In this document: positions 29,507 to 37,496 of the stretch, piece by piece
How the letters are laid out: each line of letters opens with the position of its first letter
Numbering within the stretch: the stretch's first letter is position 1
Source of the DNA: Bryobacterales bacterium
GTDB taxonomy: Bacteria > Acidobacteriota > Terriglobia > Bryobacterales > Bryobacteraceae
DNA length: 64,000 nucleotides
Direction of reading: 5' to 3'
Assembly (NCBI GenBank): GCA_003166865.1
Contig: PMUP01000025.1
Location: forward strand, 240,094-304,093
The notes under the pieces: generated by a model
What the model was told of the DNA's origin: nothing
Databases searched by the model: none
What the model saw: the letters and a program-made list of their open reading frames with translations, nothing else
Made by a program: the position numbers and the translations under genes

Positions 29507-32254
29507 ATGGCTATTTCACCTCGATTAGCACTGTCTCGGCCGGATGGCGAAGAGCCATCGAAGAGTTCCCGCGATTGCGTCTACTCCTTCGACCTGCACG
29601 GGAATCTGATCGAAATGAACTCCGCCTTGGCCGAAATCATCGGCTATGATCGCGATAAAGCAGCCCCGTTGAATCTCAGCCAACTGCTCGACCAGGAATC
29701 CTGGCAACGTTCGCGCGAGCAGGTTCTGGCGTTGCTCGGGGGTAGCGGGACCCAGACGCTGGAGCTTACCGCCATCGGAAACGACGGTCAGCGAATCCGG
29801 ATGGAGGTTGTGCGCCGTCTGTTATTTGAGCGTGGCAGGCCGGTGGCGGTTCAGGACACCGGACGTCTCCTCTACGATGCCGCGGAAGAACTTCCCAGCC
29901 TGCTGGGAGAGGCAGAAACAGACTTGCTCCCAAAATCCGAGCCTTTGAACCGCTTCGCTGAGCAGTTGAAGCAATTGCATCGGCTCTCGACCACCAACTA
30001 CGTCACGCTCGAGCAGGCTTTCGAGGACCACTTGCGGACCGGTTGCCAACTGTTTGACCTGCCCATCGGATTGCTTCTGCAAGTGCAAGGAAGCCACGGC
30101 CTGATTCAGGCTTCGTACGGCGCCTCGGACCTCCAACCAGGCGCCACAATTCTGTTGTTGCGGGAAACGCGCGCGCACACCATCGAAGGGCGGCTCAGGA
30201 CCGTGACGGTCTCGGCTAAGGCCTCGCCTGACGGCCAACCGCAGCCCGCGTTCGAGACCTACATTGGCACTCCGGTGTGGCTCGGCGCGGAGCTGTTTGC
30301 AACGCTGAGCTTCTCGTCCCCATACACCGGCGCGGCGCGCGCCTTCACGTCGGCCGATCGAGAGCTGATCGAGCTGATGGCGCGGAGCATCGGACGCGTG
30401 ATTCTGGAGCACAGAATTCAATCCGAGCGCGACCGGCTCCAGAGCCTGGAGAAGAACCGCAACTCGGTGCTCGAGATGGTCGCCGAGAACGAAAGCATCG
30501 AGGCGATCCTGGCGGAAGTAGCGCGTCTGGTGGAGGAGGAGCGCCCGGGAACGCTGTGCTCTTTACTGATTCTCAAGGATGAGGTGCTGGCGTGGGCCTC
30601 GGCGCCCAGCTTCCCGCCGGATGCCATCCGGATCTTCAAACCGTTCCGGGTGCTCAGAGGCACCGCCGCCCTGGCAACCGCTGAGGTGGCGCGTTCCACG
30701 GTTTTCTGGGACGACGTTCGCACTTGTCCGTTCTGGGCCGAGCGAGGGCACTTCGCCGCCCAGATGGGCATTGTATCCTGCCGCTCCACTCCCATTCTTT
30801 CAGCGGATGGTGTTCTGCTTGGAATCCTGGCGCTGCACTATAAAGAGGGCCAGCCGCATGACTACAGCGACACCGAACTGCTGCAAGCGGCCGCCCGTCT
30901 AGCGGCGCGCGCTCTGGAACAGCGAGGCCTCAACGAACGCCTGGAGTTCCAGGCGCGGCATGACTCCCTTACCGGCCTGCCCAACCGCTCCTATTTCATG
31001 GAACTCCTCAATGCGGCTTTAGAGGACGCGGGCCAGCGCTCGGGCTACCTGGCCGTGCTGTTCATCGATCTCGACCGCTTCAAACAGATCAACGATATCC
31101 TCGGCCACGCCATGGGTGACCGGCTGTTGAAAGAAGTAGGCCAGCGCCTGAAGCGGTTGCTGACCGCCGACGATCTGGCCGGCCGCATGGGCGGCGACGA
31201 GTTCATCATTGTTCTTACGCGCCAGCCCGATGAGCAGGCCGTAGCACTGGCATCGCGGGAGTTCCTGATGGCCCTGCGCGCGCCGCACCAGATTGAAGAC
31301 AACGAGCTGTTCGTCACGGCCAGCATCGGCGTCGCCATTTATCCCCGGCATGGCAAGACTGTCGCCGAACTGCTACGCAACGCAGACCTGGCGATGTATC
31401 ACGCCAAGAATAGCGGCAAGAACGAAGTGGAGGTTTTCCGGGCCGAGGACCACGCCGCCAGCCTGGAACGCCTGCGCCTGGAGAACGCGCTGCGCCGCGC
31501 GCTGGAACACCAGGAATTCGAGCTGCTTTATCAGCCCGTGGTCGGCATGAACGGGAAGGTGGAGGGCTTGGAGGCGCTGCTCACCTGGCGGCATCCCATC
31601 TACGGGACCATCTCTCCCAAGCAGTTCATCCCGATCGCCGAGGAAACCGGTCTGATCATCGATATCGGATCGTGGGTGATCCGCAGGGCCTGTCTCGAAG
31701 CTGCCAGTTGGCACAAAGCCGGTCACAGCGCGGCCCGCATTTCGGTCAACGTGTCGGCATTGCAGTTTGAACGGCGCGATTTCGTGGAAACCGTGGCCGA
31801 CGCGCTGGCACTGAGCAATCTGCCGCCCGACCGGCTGGAGCTGGAGCTGACCGAAAGCTACATCATGAAGGATCTCCCGCAAGCGGCCGCGCGCTTCGCC
31901 CAGATCCGGAAGCTTGGCATCAGCATCGCGATAGACGATTTTGGCACCGGCTATTCGTCGCTCAGCTATCTGAACAAGCTGCCCGTGGATTCCCTCAAAA
32001 TCGACCAATCGTTCTTGCGCAACCTGAATGAGCCGGAAGGATCGCTGGCGGTGATCCAGAGCATCGTGCGGATGGCGCACAGCATGAATCTCACGGTGGT
32101 GGCCGAGGGAGTGGAGACGCGCGCGGAGTTGGATCTGGTGCGCGTGCTCGGTTGCGACAAGGTGCAAGGGCACGTGTATGGGCCGGCGCGGCGTCGCGAG
32201 GATGTGGAGGCGTTGCTGGCTGCCCACGATTCGCTGGGTCCGCTGGAGACGTAG
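29507..32254 (+). CDS. PAS-GAF-GAF-GGDEF-EAL signalling protein (c-di-GMP cyclase/phosphodiesterase)
   Basis: GGDEF motif (RMGGDEFIIVL). EAL-domain motifs (EALLTWRH, DDFGTGYSSLSYL). ATG at 29507 is preferred over the track start at 29228. Confidence 0.9.
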   Translation: MAISPRLALSRPDGEEPSKSSRDCVYSFDLHGNLIEMNSALAEIIGYDRDKAAPLNLSQLLDQESWQRSREQVLALLGGSGTQTLELTAIGNDGQRIRMEVVRRLLFERGRPVAVQDTGRLLYDAAEELPSLLGEAETDLLPKSEPLNRFAEQLKQLHRLSTTNYVTLEQAFEDHLRTGCQLFDLPIGLLLQVQGSHGLIQASYGASDLQPGATILLLRETRAHTIEGRLRTVTVSAKASPDGQPQPAFETYIGTPVWLGAELFATLSFSSPYTGAARAFTSADRELIELMARSIGRVILEHRIQSERDRLQSLEKNRNSVLEMVAENESIEAILAEVARLVEEERPGTLCSLLILKDEVLAWASAPSFPPDAIRIFKPFRVLRGTAALATAEVARSTVFWDDVRTCPFWAERGHFAAQMGIVSCRSTPILSADGVLLGILALHYKEGQPHDYSDTELLQAAARLAARALEQRGLNERLEFQARHDSLTGLPNRSYFMELLNAALEDAGQRSGYLAVLFIDLDRFKQINDILGHAMGDRLLKEVGQRLKRLLTADDLAGRMGGDEFIIVLTRQPDEQAVALASREFLMALRAPHQIEDNELFVTASIGVAIYPRHGKTVAELLRNADLAMYHAKNSGKNEVEVFRAEDHAASLERLRLENALRRALEHQEFELLYQPVVGMNGKVEGLEALLTWRHPIYGTISPKQFIPIAEETGLIIDIGSWVIRRACLEAASWHKAGHSAARISVNVSALQFERRDFVETVADALALSNLPPDRLELELTESYIMKDLPQAAARFAQIRKLGISIAIDDFGTGYSSLSYLNKLPVDSLKIDQSFLRNLNEPEGSLAVIQSIVRMAHSMNLTVVAEGVETRAELDLVRVLGCDKVQGHVYGPARRREDVEALLAAHDSLGPLET

Positions 32255-32258
32255 TGGG

Positions 32259-32303
32259 GCGGTCCCCTGGACCGCGGCCGACGCCCCCGTCGGCCTCTGT
32301 TTT
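32259..32303 (+). terminator. Two tandem GC hairpins plus a T-rich tail after the GGDEF-EAL gene
   Basis: First hairpin: gcggtcc-cct-ggaccgc (32259-32275). Second hairpin: ggccgacg-cccc-cgtcggcc (32276-32295), followed by tctgttttgg. Confidence 0.6.
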
Positions 32304-32429
32304 GGATTCGAGGATATACACTTCACAGACCAGAATTGATCAGGAGAATTGTAGCTAGAGAATCTCCTTAGCTTTGCGTTCCTAAAGGGAAGGTTGACGC
32401 GCCATCTGATAATGTATCCATTTCTAGAC

Positions 32430-32447
32430 AACCTATAAATATAGGTT
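32430..32447. promoter_or_regulatory. Perfect 8-bp inverted repeat with 2-nt centre (AACCTATA-AA-TATAGGTT), candidate operator
   Basis: Read directly. It ends 12 nt upstream of the -35 box of the island promoter. Confidence 0.45.
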
Positions 32448-32459
32448 AAAAGGCAACAT

Positions 32460-32487
32460 TTGACAGTTTTAAATATCGAGGTATTAT
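32460..32487 (+). promoter_or_regulatory. Near-consensus sigma-70-type promoter (TTGACA-16 nt-TATTAT)
   Basis: TTGACA at 32460-32465 and TATTAT at 32482-32487. AGGAGA RBS at 32495-32500 and ATG at 32511. Confidence 0.55.
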
Positions 32488-32510
32488 ATGAATTAGGAGA
32501 TAGTATTAGT

Positions 32511-32717
32511 ATGACATTAGACCTGCAAGTGATGCTCGTGAAGACCGAGCTTATCAAAGTTAGAGCAGAGCGCGATGCCGCCGCAAAGGTGTGTGAGAAT
32601 GACACCGAGATTCGTGACGTGATTGCAACGCTCGACCGCATTGTTGAGGAGAAGGAGAGGATATTTCACGACCTGAAGGCCCAACTGCAAGTGAGCGTAC
32701 CAGGGGCGGAGAGATGA
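32511..32717 (+). CDS. Island ORF A: 68-aa acidic, helical/coiled-coil-like protein, unknown function
   Basis: Strong RBS 10 nt upstream. Sequence MTLDLQVMLVKTELIKVRAERDAAAKVCENDTEIRDVIATLDRIVEEKERIFHDLKAQLQ... The stop overlaps the next start (ATGA). Confidence 0.6.
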   Translation: MTLDLQVMLVKTELIKVRAERDAAAKVCENDTEIRDVIATLDRIVEEKERIFHDLKAQLQVSVPGAER

Positions 32718-33163
32718 CTCGTGAAGAAAAAGAGCAGAAAATTCAGGAGCCGGATGGCAAAGTCTTTGGGAATCAGAAGGTAAGAATTACGGAGTTCCAT
32801 CGCTGCAAGCAGTATGAGTGCTTAGCCTCGGTCGACAACGTAATGACTTCCACTGGCCACCTTAAGTTTTTTGACCTCGTGCCCGTCTCAGAGGGACTCC
32901 CTTCCTTTGAAGCAAGATGGGATGAGAAAGACGAATCGGTCGACATCGACATCAGGGGCGTGTCAGAACAGGACAAGAACCGGTTCAAGCACGGAAAAGG
33001 TGGATATAGCGGTCATTGGTCACGCCGAACGCCGACTGCCGACACGATCTATACCTATGAGGTGTGCATTTGGATCCCACGGGGGAGGGTATTTGAAGGG
33101 ACTGTAGACTTCACGGTTGTTCGAAGACAAGGCATACCTGGGAAGGCAAGTATCATAAACTGA
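32714..33163 (+). CDS. Island ORF B: 149-aa beta-rich protein, unknown function
   Basis: GGAGAG RBS-like sequence upstream. Codon usage is atypical for this genome (AGA, AGG, ATA, GTA, TTA). No motif recognised. Confidence 0.65.
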   Translation: MTREEKEQKIQEPDGKVFGNQKVRITEFHRCKQYECLASVDNVMTSTGHLKFFDLVPVSEGLPSFEARWDEKDESVDIDIRGVSEQDKNRFKHGKGGYSGHWSRRTPTADTIYTYEVCIWIPRGRVFEGTVDFTVVRRQGIPGKASIIN

Positions 33164-33265
33164 GAGCGTTTTGGTCTGTTACGTATGCTGGTGCTCCGCT
33201 TTGAGCATGTTGCCAGAGCCGGACCGGGGGGCTGGCGCGGACGCGGGCGTCCGCCCCACTCCATT

Positions 33266-35650
33266 TCATTCCACACGCAGCGACAACAGGCCGGCCAGCT
33301 CCTTGAATTCTGCGCTCCACCGGGATTCGCCCGGGTAGACTCTCTGCAGGATTTCGTAGCAGCGATTTTGCACCTGCCATAAGATCAACGGAAATGGCAG
33401 CGAGCAGGCCGCAGCGACAGTCTCGCGGAACCTGGCCAGGCGCGGCAAATCCTTGGGATCCTCCAGATACCGCTCCGCGCCTTTTTCGATATTGCGGCGC
33501 AGAGTAATCTCCAACCCGGTTTGATCCATTACGATCTCGGCGATCCGAATCTCTTCCAGTAGCCCCTGAATGATCGCCAGGTCGAGCTCCGGCGCCGCCA
33601 GCGCTTGCCGCAGTAAGCCGTTCAACGCCACTTCCGCGGTGGCTTTCAGTTCGCTGGGAATCGGCACGCCGCAGTCGCTCAGGAAACGCAGCAGCGGAGC
33701 TTGTTCCTCGTACATCTGGCGATAGACGGCCGAGGAGTGTTCCACCGTGGATTCGAGCGCTTCGGCCAGCACCTTGCGTTGTTCTTCGCGGAACAGATTC
33801 TTGAGCGAATACATGCGGCCGCCAAAGCCCTCGTCCAGGCAGCGGATAGTGGCCGCCAGATCCGAACGGCTGAAGGCTTCGCGCGTCGACTTGCCGAGCT
33901 CGCGGTAGGCGTCCTCGCTCCCGAACACGCCCACGCCTCCATGTAAATTGTGGTCGCCGAAATGGAGCACGCCGAAAATCAGCATCTCGGAGTCCTGCGT
34001 GATCTCCGACGTGAAGCGCGCCTTGCCAAAGGCCAGCCGCAGCTTGCCCGAGCGCTTCAGACGATAGTCCTTGTTCTCCACCGAATAGGAGTAAATGCGC
34101 GTGCTATCGGGGTAGCTCTCAAACAAGGAATTCATGGCGTAGTGCGCGCCCAGCTTCACCAAGTCCACGCGGGCCGGCTTGACCAGCGTTTCAAAGATAC
34201 GCGCGCCGTCGGCGTGAGCTGGAAGGTTGCTCTTGGCAAGCGCGAGTTTCCGCACGAAGCCCGCTTCGATTGCCTCCCCGAAAAGTTCGCCGGCCAGCTC
34301 CGCCACGCGGCCGGCGTACTGGATCACTTGCACCGTCTCGATGCCCGAGAGCTCGTCGAAAAACCAGCCGCAACTGGTGTACATCAGCAGCGTGTGACGC
34401 TGCATCTCCAGCAGCTTCCAGACGCTGACGCGCTCGCTCCGCTGGAGGTTCTTGCGCCGGAAATTGGCCGCCGCGAAGCGTTCCTTGCTGGCTGGCGACC
34501 GGTCTAGAATGACGTGAATATAGTTGTTCCGCGCCGCCCACGGATCCTTGAAGTAGCGCGCCGCCATTTTTTCATAGCGTGGTGCGATTTCGTCGCGCAA
34601 CCAATCCAGCGCCGCGCGCAGGGGACCCCGCCATTCCTGATTCCAGTCCGGATGCCCGCCGGAATTGCAGCCGCAGTTGGCGGTCCAACGTCCCACGCCG
34701 TGCACACAGCTCCAAGCAGTGTTCTCCAGGATCTCCACATGCTGTTCGGGAGGATGCTGCTCGAGAAACTCGGCATAGTTGGTGACCTTCGCCAGGCCGC
34801 TCGATTCGATGTGGTCGAGCGCGTACGCCAGCGCCATGTCGCCGAACGGGTGATGGTGTCCGTAAGTTTCGCCATCGGTTGCGATATGCGCCAGTTGCGG
34901 ACCTTCGCGCTCATCCGAAAGCGCCTCCAGGAGCCGGCTGGCGAAGCGCTCGCCATTGTCCAGCAAGCGCTCAAACGCGACCGCCTGCGAAACCGGCCCG
35001 TCATAAAAGAACAAGTCGATGGAACGTCCCGATGCCAGCTTCTGCCGGTAAACGCGCGCTGGATCGATCCGCTGGCCGGTGACGTCGGTTCCGTCGACGG
35101 ATTTGGCCTGCGACGGCGCCAGGATGGTGAACTTGATCCGATGCTGTGCCAGCAGGTCCAGCGTCTCCAGGTCGACAGCCGTTTCCGGAAGCCACATGCC
35201 TTCCGGATCGCGCCCGAAGCGAAAGCGGAAGTCCTGGATGCCCCAAATCACTTGCGTCAGTTTGTCGCGCGCATTGGCGAGCGGCATGATCATGTGGTTG
35301 TAGCATTGCGCCAGCGCCGATCCATGGCCCGAAAAGCGTTGCGCGCTCACGCGGTCGGCGTCCACGATGGACTGGTAAGTTTCCGGAGCCTTGTCCCTCA
35401 TCCAGGACAACAAGGTGGGCCCGAAGTTAAAACTGATGCCGGCGTAGTTGTTCACGATCTTTGCGATGCGGCTCTCAGGGTCCAAGATCCGGGCCGCGCT
35501 GTTGGGCGCGTAGCATTCCGCCGTCACGCGCTCGTTCCAATCGTGATACGGCGCGGCGGAATCCTGGAGTTCGATCGCCTCCAGCCATGGGTTTTCGCGC
35601 GGCGGCTGATAGAAGTGACCGTGAATGCAAAGGTATCGGTTTTGGTTCAT
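33266..35650 (-). CDS. Glycoside hydrolase family 57 protein with C-terminal DUF3536-like extension
   Basis: 794 aa. The N-terminus LCIHGHFYQPPRENPW is a GH57 hallmark. Confidence 0.9.
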   Translation of the reverse strand: MNQNRYLCIHGHFYQPPRENPWLEAIELQDSAAPYHDWNERVTAECYAPNSAARILDPESRIAKIVNNYAGISFNFGPTLLSWMRDKAPETYQSIVDADRVSAQRFSGHGSALAQCYNHMIMPLANARDKLTQVIWGIQDFRFRFGRDPEGMWLPETAVDLETLDLLAQHRIKFTILAPSQAKSVDGTDVTGQRIDPARVYRQKLASGRSIDLFFYDGPVSQAVAFERLLDNGERFASRLLEALSDEREGPQLAHIATDGETYGHHHPFGDMALAYALDHIESSGLAKVTNYAEFLEQHPPEQHVEILENTAWSCVHGVGRWTANCGCNSGGHPDWNQEWRGPLRAALDWLRDEIAPRYEKMAARYFKDPWAARNNYIHVILDRSPASKERFAAANFRRKNLQRSERVSVWKLLEMQRHTLLMYTSCGWFFDELSGIETVQVIQYAGRVAELAGELFGEAIEAGFVRKLALAKSNLPAHADGARIFETLVKPARVDLVKLGAHYAMNSLFESYPDSTRIYSYSVENKDYRLKRSGKLRLAFGKARFTSEITQDSEMLIFGVLHFGDHNLHGGVGVFGSEDAYRELGKSTREAFSRSDLAATIRCLDEGFGGRMYSLKNLFREEQRKVLAEALESTVEHSSAVYRQMYEEQAPLLRFLSDCGVPIPSELKATAEVALNGLLRQALAAPELDLAIIQGLLEEIRIAEIVMDQTGLEITLRRNIEKGAERYLEDPKDLPRLARFRETVAAACSLPFPLILWQVQNRCYEILQRVYPGESRWSAEFKELAGLLSLRVE

Positions 35651-35669
35651 GCCTGAGGAATGCCGCGCC

Positions 35670-36023
35670 CTAGCGGCTGGGCTTCACCACCACCGCGGTG
35701 CCATAACACAGCACCTCGGTCACTCCTTGCATGATCTCGGTTGCGTCGTAGCGAACTCCTATAACGGCGTTGGCGCCCAGTTGCGCGGCGTGTTCCGCCA
35801 TGCGTTGAAAGGCGTGGGCCCGCGTTTCTTCGCAGAGATTGCTGAACAGCGTGATGTCGCCGCCCACTAACGTCTGCAAACTGGCTCCCAGGGTTCCAAG
35901 AACCGACCGGGAGCGCACGATGATGCCCCGTACGATTCCGAGATTCCGCTCAGTGGTGTAGCCGTCCAGCGTGAACGCTGTGGTCACCATGGTATCCAGC
36001 ACGGCGAGTGATTGGTCTTCCAT
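35670..36023 (-). CDS. YbjQ/UPF0145-family protein
   Basis: 117 aa. GIVRG...[11 protein letters not shown] pattern. Confidence 0.85.
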   Translation of the reverse strand: MEDQSLAVLDTMVTTAFTLDGYTTERNLGIVRGIIVRSRSVLGTLGASLQTLVGGDITLFSNLCEETRAHAFQRMAEHAAQLGANAVIGVRYDATEIMQGVTEVLCYGTAVVVKPSR

Positions 36024-36145
36024 CGGGGTAAGTCTTGTATTTTAGCATTCGGCTCCGCGGCCATAGCGGTATGGGTTCGTTGGCGGGCCTCCGATGGAGA
36101 CGCTCATTTGTAGAATAGACGCTTGTGGGCTCTACCCAACAAAGT

Positions 36146-37492
36146 TCAGGACAGTTCGGACAACTCCCGAAACTGACCATTGCTATCGCCCAGCTTGTCG
36201 ACAGGCACGCCAAGCTTATTCAGCAAAGTCAGCTCCAGGTTGGCGAGAGGCGTGTGTTCCGGATAGACCAGGTGACGGCCGCCCTTCAGCGTCCCGCCGC
36301 CTCCTCCCACCAGAAATGTCGGCAGCGGGCCGTGCGTGTGCCGATCGCTGTTACTGATGCCCGAGCCAAAAAGAAGGATCACGTGATCCAGCAGCGAGCC
36401 ATCGCCATCCGGGGTGTTGCGCAACTTTGTCAGATACTCGGCAAACAGCGCGATGTGATAGCGCTGAATTTTAGCGCATTTCTCCATTTTTTCCGGGTTG
36501 CCCTGATGGTGCGTGAGCGGATGGTGCGGCTCGGGCACGCCGATTTGAGGATAAGGCCTGCCAGTCTGCTCGCGGCCGTACATAAACGTGATCACACGTG
36601 TCAAGTCGGATTGGTAGGCCAGCAGTTGCAAGTCATACAACAACCGGACTTGGTCTTCGAACTTTTCCGGAATACCAGCGGGCTGAGGCACATCAGGCAA
36701 CTCTTTGGAACTCTGTTCTTCCGCTTTCTGAATGCGCCGCTCCACATCTCTGAGCGACGCCAGATAGTCGTTCACCTTGCGATTGTCGGCAGCCCCGAGC
36801 TGGCGCTGCAGTTGATTTACGCGCTCGCTCACGGAATCGAGCAGGCTCTTGTCCTCGCTAAGGCGCGCCGCGCGAACGCGAGGGTCGGTGCTGTCGCTTG
36901 AACCGAACATCCGCTCGAACAGCACGCGCGGATTATTTTCCGCCATCAGCGGCAACGTCGACGTCAGCCAGGAGATCGTGCTGCTGTAGGCGCAACTATA
37001 GCCTAGATCGCACGAACCCAAGAGGCTGTTCTCGTCGGCGGTCATTTGCAGCGAGGAAAGCTGAGTCTCGCGCTCGAACGCCTTCGCGGCGATCTGATCC
37101 ATGGACACGGCATTCTCGACATTGCTGTCCGATTTCTTCACATGCACGCCCGTGAGGTAGGAGCCGCACGCGCGCGAGTGGTCGCCGCCGCCGTCACCGT
37201 TCGCCTCCGCCGGATCGCAGAACAGTCCCGTGACGACGGTCAATTTGTCCTTGAAGGGTTCGAGTCCTTTTAATGTCGGCGACAGCTCGAAGTTAGAACC
37301 GACGCCTGTCGGCAGCCATTGGTCATAGATGACGCCGTTGGGATGGTAGACGACGCCGAAGCGACGTACAGGTTTTGTGGAAGCGGCCGGGGCGAAGGCT
37401 GGAATCATCGAGTCGAGCAGAGGCAGCGCGATGGCGGTCCCTGCTGCCCGAAGGACGGTGCGCCGCGAGATGGCCTTCTTCGTCACGAACAT
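36146..37492 (-). CDS. DUF1552-domain protein (Tat-type signal)
   Basis: 448 aa. The N-terminus ISRRTVLRAAGTAIALPLLDSM is typical of DUF1552 proteins. Confidence 0.85.
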   Translation of the reverse strand: MFVTKKAISRRTVLRAAGTAIALPLLDSMIPAFAPAASTKPVRRFGVVYHPNGVIYDQWLPTGVGSNFELSPTLKGLEPFKDKLTVVTGLFCDPAEANGDGGGDHSRACGSYLTGVHVKKSDSNVENAVSMDQIAAKAFERETQLSSLQMTADENSLLGSCDLGYSCAYSSTISWLTSTLPLMAENNPRVLFERMFGSSDSTDPRVRAARLSEDKSLLDSVSERVNQLQRQLGAADNRKVNDYLASLRDVERRIQKAEEQSSKELPDVPQPAGIPEKFEDQVRLLYDLQLLAYQSDLTRVITFMYGREQTGRPYPQIGVPEPHHPLTHHQGNPEKMEKCAKIQRYHIALFAEYLTKLRNTPDGDGSLLDHVILLFGSGISNSDRHTHGPLPTFLVGGGGGTLKGGRHLVYPEHTPLANLELTLLNKLGVPVDKLGDSNGQFRELSELS

Positions 37493-37496
37493 ACTT

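Noticed and set aside
31373-32641. 422-aa minus-strand ORF extending from the EAL domain region into the low-GC island
   Set aside because: It is antisense to the GGDEF-EAL gene for most of its length. The island portion has no RBS and only reflects absence of stops. The plus-strand island ORFs have proper RBS, start and coupling signals.
33237-33254. GC hairpin gcggacgc-gg-gcgtccgc between island ORF B and the GH57 gene, as a possible bidirectional terminator
   Set aside because: The hairpin is real, but no convincing T-run follows on either strand. It may contribute to termination, but that cannot be supported from sequence alone.
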